This document shows positions 21,040 through 29,168 of a stretch of DNA of 64,000 bases, piece after piece. Position numbers and translations under genes: made by a program. Position 1 is the stretch's first letter; each line of letters starts with the position of its first letter. Source of the stretch: Gemmatimonadales bacterium (GTDB lineage: Bacteria; Gemmatimonadota; Gemmatimonadetes; Gemmatimonadales; GWC2-71-9); assembly GCA_039794085.1 (NCBI GenBank), contig JBDIWC010000015.1:14513-78512 (forward strand), given 5' to 3'. Below the pieces are notes generated by a model, which was not told where the DNA came from, made no database searches, and saw nothing but the letters and a program-made list of their open reading frames with translations.

Positions 21040-21675
21040 TCAGGGGCGGCGACCGACCCAGCACCCCGGAGTTTCGGCGAGGATTTCGAATGGCATTTCC
21101 GGGAGGACGGGACCGGTGCCCACCACGCGGAGCCCCGGCAGAACCGCCCGCCCCGCCTCGGTGACCCAGACCGGGTCCCGGGCCGAGTCCCCCCCGATCA
21201 CGGCTCCCCTCATGCTGGAGGACTTGATCGGCATCCGCGGTGACCGAATGATGCTGATCGCGATCGAGCCGGGGTGACTCCATTCTGACAACACGAGCGG
21301 CACCGGGGGATTCAGAAGCACGAGCCCGACACCGGGGAGCAGGGTTTCCACCTCGGGTGCGAGCTGCGTGGCCTGGTCGACGAGCAGGAGATACCCTCCC
21401 GGCCCCTCGATTCCCAGCAGGGCAAGAGCCGCCTCCGCCGACAGGGGAGCCGAGGTTTCTCCGCCTCCTCCTTGCCCGGTCTCCGCGGGGTCTTGCCCGT
21501 CATCCCGACCGAAATCGAGGACCCCCTCGCGGAGAGTCACAACCTTTCCGCAGACCGGACACCCCATCTCTCCTCGCATCACGCGTCTCCCGTCCATCAC
21601 CTCGGGCAACAGAACGAGGAACTGTTCCGGGTGGTCAGAGGGGCACTTGAGGTGATCGGTCAACTCGATGAACAT
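21040..21675 (-). CDS. Hypothetical protein: Trm112-like N-terminus plus degenerate SAM-methyltransferase-like region
   Basis: MFIELTDHLKCP...CPVCG...REGVLDF; C-terminal MPIKSSSMRG and EAGRAVLPGLR; GGAG RBS upstream of 21675. Confidence 0.6.
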   Translation of the reverse strand: MFIELTDHLKCPSDHPEQFLVLLPEVMDGRRVMRGEMGCPVCGKVVTLREGVLDFGRDDGQDPAETGQGGGGETSAPLSAEAALALLGIEGPGGYLLLVDQATQLAPEVETLLPGVGLVLLNPPVPLVLSEWSHPGSIAISIIRSPRMPIKSSSMRGAVIGGDSARDPVWVTEAGRAVLPGLRVVGTGPVLPEMPFEILAETPGCWVGRRP

Positions 21676-21720
21676 GGGCTCCTCAGGTCTTGGCATGGGT
21701 TCATGTTCAGCCCGGAGCGC

Positions 21721-21950
21721 CTCCCCCCATCCCCAAAGGCAACCACAAGAAGCACAAAAAGCACAAGACCGCGAGTCTGAGCACCGGGGCGCCTCCCTCC
21801 CTCCCCGGAATAAGCCGCCGATGACGCTGATGACACAGAGTGAGTTCTGCCCAGGTTGGTCCCGAATCGAGTCGGCCCGGGAAAAGCGAACCACCTGTCG
21901 CGGGATCTCGTGTTTCTTGTGCCTTTTGTGCCTCTTGTGGCCCTTCCCCT
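21721..21950. repeat. Cassette with inverted 9-bp tandem arms, related to the 330-bp element
   Basis: CCACAAGAAGCACAAAAAGCACAAGA (21743-21768) is inverted at 21915-21940. Its flanks resemble 24331-24460. Confidence 0.75.
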
Positions 21951-22044
21951 CCACCGGAGCCCCTCACCTTGTTCCGAAATCCAAGCCCGGGAAGGCGTGA
22001 CCCGCACGAAACCCGGAGGAGCCTGAACCCGGGGCCTGTCCGTG

Positions 22045-22776
22045 TCAGGCAGGAACGAGTCGCAGCCACTCGATGTCCACCCGGGCGGGCCGGGTGGCCG
22101 TGAAGAGCACGGCGTCCGCCACGTCTTCGGGGCGCAGCATCGATGCCCGGGGCGGGAACCCCTCCCGGGTGTCCGGGTCCCAGGGATCCCAGACCGCGGT
22201 GTCCGTGGGGCCCGGCGAGATCAGGGTGCACAGAACACCGGAGCCGTGACATTCCGCCCGGAGCACTTCGTGCAGGCCCCGCACCCCGAACTTCGAGGCG
22301 GCGTAGGCGGCATTGTCCGGAAAGCCCACATGGTCGGCGACACTGCCGATCAGCAGGTGCCTCCGTCCCAAGGCGTCCCGGTCCCCCTCGATCGCTCCCG
22401 TCGTCCGCATCGCGGGAACCAGAGCCCGGGCCACGAGATAGGGAGCTCGCAGATTGATGGCGATCTGGGCGTCGAAGACCTCCGGAGAGGTGGCCTCGAG
22501 CGGCGCCATCGTGAAGGCGCCCGCGTTGTTCACCACGAGACTCGGGACTCCGACCTCACGACAGACGCGCGCCATCACCGTGGTCACGGCTTCCGCATCC
22601 GTGAGGTCGCAGGCATAGCCGATTCCGTCGGGTGAACGGCCCTCCGGCACGGTGCGGGCGATCCGCACCACGGTGGCCTCCGCCGCCGCCAGCGCACGAG
22701 CCACGGCCGCCCCAATGCCTCGTGAGGCTCCGGTCACCACCGCCACGTAGCCCCGGAGGGAGAGGGGAGACGCCAT
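22045..22776 (-). CDS. Short-chain dehydrogenase/reductase (candidate sepiapterin-reductase-like)
   Basis: TGASRGIG, NNAG and YAASK motifs; start overlaps the folE stop (TGATG). Confidence 0.88.
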   Translation of the reverse strand: MASPLSLRGYVAVVTGASRGIGAAVARALAAAEATVVRIARTVPEGRSPDGIGYACDLTDAEAVTTVMARVCREVGVPSLVVNNAGAFTMAPLEATSPEVFDAQIAINLRAPYLVARALVPAMRTTGAIEGDRDALGRRHLLIGSVADHVGFPDNAAYAASKFGVRGLHEVLRAECHGSGVLCTLISPGPTDTAVWDPWDPDTREGFPPRASMLRPEDVADAVLFTATRPARVDIEWLRLVPA

Positions 22777-23363
22777 CACTCGGGGGACCGATGCCCGTGC
22801 ACCAGTCGCAGAAACTCGTCCCGGGTCATCCCATCCTGCCGGAAGACACCCCGGAGCGCGGAGGTGACCGTCCGGGAGTTCTGCTTCTCCACCCCCCGCA
22901 TCATCATGCACAGATGCACCGCCTCGATCACGACACCGCACCCCCGGGGATGGAGCACCTCCATGAGGGCATCCGCGATCTGGTCGGTGAGGCGTTCCTG
23001 CACCTGGAGCCGCCGGGCGAACACCTCCACGACGCGGGGAATCTTGCTCAGGCCGATGATGCGGCCGTTGGGCAGATAGGCCACATGGGCCCGCCCGAAA
23101 AACGGGAGGAGATGGTGCTCGCACATGGAGTAGAGTTCGATGTCCCGGACCAGAATCATGTTCTCGTGCGATTCCTCGAACACGCCGGTCCCCACCTCCT
23201 CCTCGACGGACATCCCGTATCCCCGGGTGAGCCACCGCATCGAGCGTTCCACCCGGTCGGGGGTCTGTGCCAGTCCGGCGCGATCGGGATCCTCTCCCAG
23301 CGCGGTCAGGATGTGCCGAACCTCGGCGGCAAAGGGCGTGGTCCGGCGTTCAGGTTCCGTCAT
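22776..23363 (-). CDS. folE: GTP cyclohydrolase I
   Basis: [45 protein letters not shown]. Confidence 0.96.
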   Translation of the reverse strand: MTEPERRTTPFAAEVRHILTALGEDPDRAGLAQTPDRVERSMRWLTRGYGMSVEEEVGTGVFEESHENMILVRDIELYSMCEHHLLPFFGRAHVAYLPNGRIIGLSKIPRVVEVFARRLQVQERLTDQIADALMEVLHPRGCGVVIEAVHLCMMMRGVEKQNSRTVTSALRGVFRQDGMTRDEFLRLVHGHRSPE

Positions 23364-23763
23364 AGTCCACGAAGTTGCGAGGGGTCTCCCAGAGGCGCAC
23401 CCGCGCCAACCGGCCAGCGGGAATGTGCGGTGCGAGAGCGTTCCAGCAGAAGAGGGCGATGTGTTCCGCCGAGGGAATGTGGTCGCGGAACCAGGGGACA
23501 TCCAGATTCAGATTCCGGTGGTCGAGGACCGAGAGGATCTCGCGCTCGACCAGGGCGTGCAGAATTCCCACATCCAGGACATACCCGGTGGCCGGGTCGA
23601 TCTCCCCCTCGACGGTGACCTCGAGTTCATAGTTGTGGCCATGATAGTTCGGATTGTTGCAGGGACCGAAGGTGTCCCGGTTCCACACCTCGTCGCGTTG
23701 AGGGTTGTGGAGGCGGTGGGCCGCGTTGAAGTGCGCCTTCCGCGTGACCTGGCACCGGGGCAT
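23350..23763 (-). CDS. 6-pyruvoyl-tetrahydropterin synthase (PTPS-II-type motif)
   Basis: [18 protein letters not shown] (Cx5HGH), [14 protein letters not shown]. Confidence 0.92.
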   Translation of the reverse strand: MPRCQVTRKAHFNAAHRLHNPQRDEVWNRDTFGPCNNPNYHGHNYELEVTVEGEIDPATGYVLDVGILHALVEREILSVLDHRNLNLDVPWFRDHIPSAEHIALFCWNALAPHIPAGRLARVRLWETPRNFVDYDGT

Positions 23764-24048
23764 GGGAGTCCTCGCCGCGACGGAGTGTGAGAAACAGTGA
23801 GGCGCCGCCAGTCACGGAACCGGTCGGCGCCCCAGAGGTCGGCTGGTCACGGGGAGTATTATTGAAGCCCGATGATAACGCTTGGCGCCCTCGCCCCGGC
23901 GTTTGCCTTCCCCGAAGGGCATGACAGTAGCCACGGTATGTGGGCCCATCACCAGACCTGTTGGCACAATAATGTGGTTCCCCATGGCCAACCGACAGAG
24001 GTATTATACCGGTCCGCGAGAACCTCGTCAACGGATTCCGGAGTTCCT

Positions 24049-24198
24049 ATGTCCCCCCTGCTGATCGGAGCGGTTCTGGCCCTTGTTCTCTGGACCGTGT
24101 TCACCTTTGTCGTGCCGGCCGGGCTGGGGATCGTCCACGTGCTCCTGGCCGTGGGGGTGGTGCTGTTGATGCGGTGGTGGGTGGGGCGTAGGGAATAG
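24049..24198 (+). CDS. Small two-helix membrane protein (49 aa)
   Basis: Hydrophobic LVLW...LGIVHVLLAVGVVLL; GGAG RBS; resembles lmo0937-like small membrane proteins. Confidence 0.6.
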   Translation: MSPLLIGAVLALVLWTVFTFVVPAGLGIVHVLLAVGVVLLMRWWVGRRE

Positions 24199-24236
24199 GC
24201 GGTAGGGAAGAGCCCCCTATTCCCCACTCCCCACTC

Positions 24237-24570
24237 CCCACTCCCTAAGCCGGCACAGCCGGAACCACAGAGGCGCCTCGGAGTCGCGCGTGGGTTTTCT
24301 TCGGCATGGGTTCCGGTCCTGCCCGAGTACCTCTCCCCACCCCCAGAGCCAACCACAAGAAGCACAAAAGGCACAGAAACCTCTCTCGCCCCTGGTGGGA
24401 CCCCATGCGCACCGAGGTGTGCCTCTTGTGACTTCTGTGCTTTTTGTGGCCATTCCCCTTGCACGGCGCGGCCGATGCGATCGCCGTGACCCGAACGGTC
24501 GGCGGGGGGGGGTCGGGCGTCGCCCACAATATTGTTGCCGTCTTGCGTTCAATCTTGTCCGTAAGGGAGT
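24237..24570. mobile_element. ~330-bp non-coding dispersed repeat (MITE-like), copy 1
   Basis: Near-identical inverted copy at 59400-59732; short imperfect terminal inverted repeat ACTCCCTAAG/ACTCCCTTAC; internal inverted 9-bp arms. Confidence 0.75.
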
Positions 24571-24582
24571 ACTCCCTGCGGT

Positions 24583-25554
24583 TCAGATTTCCCAGTTGGA
24601 CAACAGGATCCCCCTTGCCGGCTCCTGCTCCGGATATCGATCGAGGGTCATCCTCAGGTCGGTCCAATGCACCTGGTACCCTCGATCAATCAGGATCCTC
24701 CAGGCGGCGGGTCGAGCAGTCTGGCACCGGATCAGGAGTGAGGTGCCTCCGGCCCGGCGCGCCCCGGCCTCGGTGGCCGCCACCGTGGCGGCGAAGGCGG
24801 CCTCGGAGTCCGCGGCCACCTTGAGCATCCGCACCTCCTCCACGCCCCTCCCCTGCGCGAGGGGGACGGAGTGCCAGAGAGCCCATCCCGCTATCTCCCC
24901 CCCGGGCTCGTGGCGAACCACCGACAGCCCGCCCAACCCCAGGGCTCGCGTTTCCCGGATCTCCCCTTCCCAGGACACCCCGGGCAGGAGGCGATCCGCC
25001 AGAGCCAGGCAGGCCGCGTCCTCTGAGCACCCCGCCTCCGGATCCACCCCGAAGCCCTCCACCGGCCCGGGAATGCGGGCAAGGTCTCCGGCGAGCGTCA
25101 CGGTGAGGGGGCGCGGAACGAACCCGAGTCGCGCATAGAACCCGATGTTCTCCGCCGTTCGCGGCATGGTTTCCAACCCGATCACCCGGGCCCCCCCGGC
25201 CAGGAGCCGAGCGATCCCCTCCTCCACGATGGTGGTTCCGATACCATGGCCCTGGGCGTCGGGACGAACCGCCAGGGGACCCATCCACCCTTCAACCCCG
25301 GCCTGATGGACCATATTGAAGGCCAGCAACTGCCGCCGGTCGTCATGCCAGAGGAGAGCTCCCTCTCCGGCGGTGGCGAAGGCATACTGCCAGACCGGTT
25401 CGTTGAGGTATGGCACCCTCAAGGTGGTCAGGCCATCCCGCCGGTAGCGATCGGTGAAGGCCTCGGCAAAGAGCTGGTTGAGCGCCGGAATATCGTCCGG
25501 GCGGGCGACCCGGGGCCCGACCACCACGGGGGGCGCCGTGCTACGCCGCGGCAT
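24583..25554 (-). CDS. GNAT-family N-acetyltransferase (probably tandem GNAT)
   Basis: GPLAVRPDAQGHGIG (acetyl-CoA loop) and NIGFYARLGF; start overlaps the end of sbcC. Confidence 0.85.
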   Translation of the reverse strand: MPRRSTAPPVVVGPRVARPDDIPALNQLFAEAFTDRYRRDGLTTLRVPYLNEPVWQYAFATAGEGALLWHDDRRQLLAFNMVHQAGVEGWMGPLAVRPDAQGHGIGTTIVEEGIARLLAGGARVIGLETMPRTAENIGFYARLGFVPRPLTVTLAGDLARIPGPVEGFGVDPEAGCSEDAACLALADRLLPGVSWEGEIRETRALGLGGLSVVRHEPGGEIAGWALWHSVPLAQGRGVEEVRMLKVAADSEAAFAATVAATEAGARRAGGTSLLIRCQTARPAAWRILIDRGYQVHWTDLRMTLDRYPEQEPARGILLSNWEI

Positions 25555-27964
25555 GATCCACCCCCCCGATGGGTTCATCCCGGGCGGCGGACACCCCTCG
25601 CGACACATCATGCGAGATCCGGATGACCCGGTCCACTCCCTCGCGCACTCCCTCAATGTGGGTGATGAGAATGACCTGGGGAAACCGATCGGCCAGGGAC
25701 CGCAACAGTTCCAGCACGGCACCCCGCCGGTCCTCATCGAGGGACCCGAAGACTTCGTCCAGGACGAGGAGGGAGAGGGGCTGCCCCGCCCGTTCCGCGA
25801 TCATCTGGCTGATGGCGAGCCGGAGGGCAAGATTCGCCAGATCCTCCTCCCCTCCGGAGATCACCTCGAGGGGAACCCCGTCATCGATGATCGTGGCGAC
25901 GTAGTCCTCGGTCAGTTCCAGGTCGGTGTAGCGACCTCCGGTCAGGTCGCGCAGGAAGGTGGACGCGATGTCCGAGAGGTCGGGGCGCAAGGTCGCGTTG
26001 AGGTCGGTGCGGAGGTCGGTCAGGGCCCGGTCGAGCTCCTGGTTGAGCAACAGCTCCGACGCCACCCGCTCCCGTTCCCGAAGCCGCTCCTCCCGCTCCA
26101 CGCGCCGCTCCCTCACTCGGGCCACCTCCGTCGCGGCGGCCTGGCGCTCCCCCTCGGCCCGGGTCCGGGCCAGTTCCGCCTCGCGATGATCCTTCGCCGC
26201 CGCGCTCGCGTGGTCCCGGGCCGCCGCGTAGACCTCCGGACTCCATCCCAAGGACTCCAGCCGTCCGCGCAACGTCCGTTCCTCCGCCTCGTGGGTGCTC
26301 AACCGGGCTTCCGCCTCCGTCATCGCCGCAGTGAGCCGTTCGGCGCGTTCGGAAGCCGCCCGCAGCCGCTCGGCTTGGAGCACCACCGGCTCGAGCTCCG
26401 CGAACCGGCCCCGGAGCGCGGCATGGGCATCTGCGTCGTAGGCGATCTCCTCGGCGCCCGCGCCGACGGCCAAGGTGGCGATCCGAGCCATTACCGTCTC
26501 CCGTTCCCGGGTGGTGGTCTCGCGATCCTGCGCCGCGCGTTCGAGCCGTCCCAGGTCGGTCTGGAGCCGGGCCACGTCGGCCTCCACGCGAGCGCGTTCG
26601 GTTTCCGCGGTCTCCAGTTCCGCCGGCTCGCGGGAGAGCTGCTCCACGCGCTGGGCAAAGTACCGGCCATTGGTGGTGACCTCGCCCATCTGACGATCGA
26701 GCACCGCCAGCACCTCGGCATACTCCCGGCCCAGGGGACGGTTGCACGTGGGACACGCCCCCTCCGGCCCCGCTTCCTGGAGGCGCTGGCGCTGGTCCTT
26801 GATGTCATTGTAGTGGTCGAGCAACTGCTGGCGACGGGTCATGGCTTCCGACCGATCGCTGATCCACGTGGACCGGAGACGCGCGGCGCGCTCCGTCGCC
26901 TCCGCAGCCTCGCGGCGGCGCGCCGCGAGGGTCTCGCGCGCCTCGATCAGGGCGGTCACCGCCGGAAGCGCCTCCAGGCGGGCCTCGAGCTTCCCCTGGT
27001 GGGCCCGCAGCATCTCGAGCTCCGCGCGCTCGGCATTCCGGGCATTGTACGCCGCGGCCCGGCGGTCAAGTTCGCGGAGTTCCTCGCGCAGGGGCGGCAC
27101 GGTCTCGAGTTGCGGGCGGAGTTCATCGTACCGGGTCCGGGCCGTGATCGCTTCCGCGAGTTCGAGGTCGAGTGCCGAGCAGCGGGCCCGGGCGTCACCG
27201 ACCTGGTGTTCGGCCACACGGAGATCACTTTCCAGAGTACGGACCTGCTCCTGGAGGGCCTGCAGCTCCTCCCACCGGGGGCGGGCCAGGGCCAGGGCTT
27301 CCTCGGCCTGGGCCAAGGCGGCTCGGGCCGCCGCCAGGCGGGACTCCGCCTGGGCGAGTCGCTCGGCGCCGTCGCGTTCCTCGGCGTCGAGCTGGGCGGC
27401 GTCGGGAATCGTGCTGGTGATCACCTCCAGACGCGCCCGCAGGCCGGCCCGCTCCTCCCGCAGAATGTCCTGGGCCCGGCGGAGCCGTTCATACCCCATC
27501 ACCCGGGACAGGAACCGGGCCCGCTCGGCCGGCGGCGTGGCCGACAGGATGGCCAGCTCCTTCTGGCCCGTGAAATAGGTGTTGAAGAACTCCTCGCGTG
27601 ACATGCCGAGAAGCCGGGTGACCCGCTCACTGACCGCCCCGAGGGAATTGGCGACCGGTTCGCGGGCTCCATCCTGATAGAGCTCCGCCCCGTGCAACGA
27701 TCGCGTCACCCGATACTCATGCGCCCCGACCCCGAACTCCGCCACCACCTCCACGCGGGATCGGGCGGGAGCCCCGCGCCGCCGGATCGAGTCCCGGGTC
27801 CCGCGCGCGGCCGACGTCCCATAGAGCGCCCACGCGAGCGCCTCCAACAGCGTGCTCTTCCCCACGCCGTTCGGACCGATGATCCCGGTGACCCCCAGAC
27901 CAAACTCCAGGTCGGTGTCCTCGTGCTGCCGGAAATTCCGCAACTGGAGGCGATGGAGACGCAT
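25541..27964 (-). CDS. sbcC: Rad50/SbcC-like SMC ATPase
   Basis: Walker A GPNGVGKS, central zinc hook CPTC within coiled coils, signature ISGGE, Walker B LLVLDE, H-switch ITH. Confidence 0.93.
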   Translation of the reverse strand: MRLHRLQLRNFRQHEDTDLEFGLGVTGIIGPNGVGKSTLLEALAWALYGTSAARGTRDSIRRRGAPARSRVEVVAEFGVGAHEYRVTRSLHGAELYQDGAREPVANSLGAVSERVTRLLGMSREEFFNTYFTGQKELAILSATPPAERARFLSRVMGYERLRRAQDILREERAGLRARLEVITSTIPDAAQLDAEERDGAERLAQAESRLAAARAALAQAEEALALARPRWEELQALQEQVRTLESDLRVAEHQVGDARARCSALDLELAEAITARTRYDELRPQLETVPPLREELRELDRRAAAYNARNAERAELEMLRAHQGKLEARLEALPAVTALIEARETLAARRREAAEATERAARLRSTWISDRSEAMTRRQQLLDHYNDIKDQRQRLQEAGPEGACPTCNRPLGREYAEVLAVLDRQMGEVTTNGRYFAQRVEQLSREPAELETAETERARVEADVARLQTDLGRLERAAQDRETTTRERETVMARIATLAVGAGAEEIAYDADAHAALRGRFAELEPVVLQAERLRAASERAERLTAAMTEAEARLSTHEAEERTLRGRLESLGWSPEVYAAARDHASAAAKDHREAELARTRAEGERQAAATEVARVRERRVEREERLRERERVASELLLNQELDRALTDLRTDLNATLRPDLSDIASTFLRDLTGGRYTDLELTEDYVATIIDDGVPLEVISGGEEDLANLALRLAISQMIAERAGQPLSLLVLDEVFGSLDEDRRGAVLELLRSLADRFPQVILITHIEGVREGVDRVIRISHDVSRGVSAARDEPIGGVDHAAA

Positions 27965-29142
27965 CAGGTCTCCTCCCGGTCGTCCTGCACCCGGGCCAGG
28001 AGTTCCAGGCCCCGCGCAAGAACCGTGTCGCGATCGAGTTCCGCCGGCAGGGGGCGCTGCCGCAGGTACTCCTCCAGGAGCTCGGGAAGGGCCTGGCGCC
28101 GTCCCGCCGGACCGACTCCCACCAGGCCGGGTTGCACCGGCCGGCGCAGGTCGAGCCGGTAGTGAAGGGCCCGGGCCTTGGCCTGGCGAATGAAGGCGTG
28201 GTCGAGATCCCGGGCCACATGCCGGGGGATCCCCTCCACCACCTGGCGCACGAGATCATCCGCTCCCCCATTCGGCAGCCCCTCCACCTGCGCGCGAAGG
28301 AGAAGGTCCACTTCGGCGGGGGTGCGATCGGTGGCATCGATGACGGGGAGGTCATGCACCCGCCGGACCGGGGTGAGGAACTGCGGCGTGACGTCTCCGG
28401 TCTCCAGATCAACCAGAATCCACCCTTTCCCCGGGAGGTGGCGCGCCGTCTCGTCCCGCCGCTCGCCCCAGGGGTTCGTGGTCACATAGTCGAGGGCCCC
28501 CGAATACCAGATCCGCCCGGCCACCTGATGCATCACGTGGTAGTGGCCGAGGGCCACGTAGTGCCACGCCTCGGCTCCGAGGTCGGAGGCCTTCAGTACA
28601 CCGGCACCGGGGTCGGCCGGGGAGCGGTCCGTGGGATAGGTCCCTTCGATCTCCCCGTGGAGCGCAAGCACCTGATACCGGGCGGACGACCCGGGAGCCA
28701 GCACGGGCCGCTCCGGTCCCATCAGGGCCTGATGCGGCACCGCCAGCACCTCCAGATCGAGATGGGGGTAGACGAGCCGCCTCGCCTCGTCGGTGGCCAC
28801 ATCAATGCCGGCGGCTTCGAACAGTCGGAAGATGGTGCCGGTTTCGACGGACCGCGGCGTGTCGTGGTTTCCGGCCAGCAGGATGATCGCCGCCTCGGGA
28901 AGCGCCTCGCGAAGCCGTTGCATCTGCTGAAAGGCGAACACAATCGCCGCGTTCGGGGGACGCACGGTGTGGAAGAGATCTCCCGCCACCACGACCACGT
29001 CAGGCCGCACCTCAAGCAGAGCGTCCACGACCGCCCGGAAGGCCGTGGCGACATCGGCCTCCCGCTGGTTCAACCCCGATGCGGTCTGCCGGTAGTACTG
29101 CCGGTAGCCGAGGTGCGTATCAGCGAAATGCGCGAGACGCAC
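27964..29142 (-). CDS. sbcD: Mre11/SbcD-like metallophosphoesterase nuclease
   Basis: DTHLG, AGDLF, AGNHD, LHG and LGHYH motifs; stop overlaps the sbcC start (TGATG). Confidence 0.92.
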   Translation of the reverse strand: MRLAHFADTHLGYRQYYRQTASGLNQREADVATAFRAVVDALLEVRPDVVVVAGDLFHTVRPPNAAIVFAFQQMQRLREALPEAAIILLAGNHDTPRSVETGTIFRLFEAAGIDVATDEARRLVYPHLDLEVLAVPHQALMGPERPVLAPGSSARYQVLALHGEIEGTYPTDRSPADPGAGVLKASDLGAEAWHYVALGHYHVMHQVAGRIWYSGALDYVTTNPWGERRDETARHLPGKGWILVDLETGDVTPQFLTPVRRVHDLPVIDATDRTPAEVDLLLRAQVEGLPNGGADDLVRQVVEGIPRHVARDLDHAFIRQAKARALHYRLDLRRPVQPGLVGVGPAGRRQALPELLEEYLRQRPLPAELDRDTVLARGLELLARVQDDREET

Positions 29143-29168
29143 GCGACACCAGCGCGAAGGGGGCTCGA

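Noticed and set aside
22045..23235. 396-aa SDR with long N-terminal extension
   Set aside because: The extension overlaps folE out of frame. The real start is at 22776, coupled to the folE stop.
23350..23763. Annotation as queD of a queuosine or 7-deazaguanine DNA-modification cluster
   Set aside because: The motif is Cx5HGH, and there are no queC/queE/tgt/dpd genes in the window.
24217..24667. Small ORFs in the 330-bp element (and matching ORFs at 59398-59971)
   Set aside because: They are translations of low-complexity repeats in several frames, and their starts and stops differ between copies.
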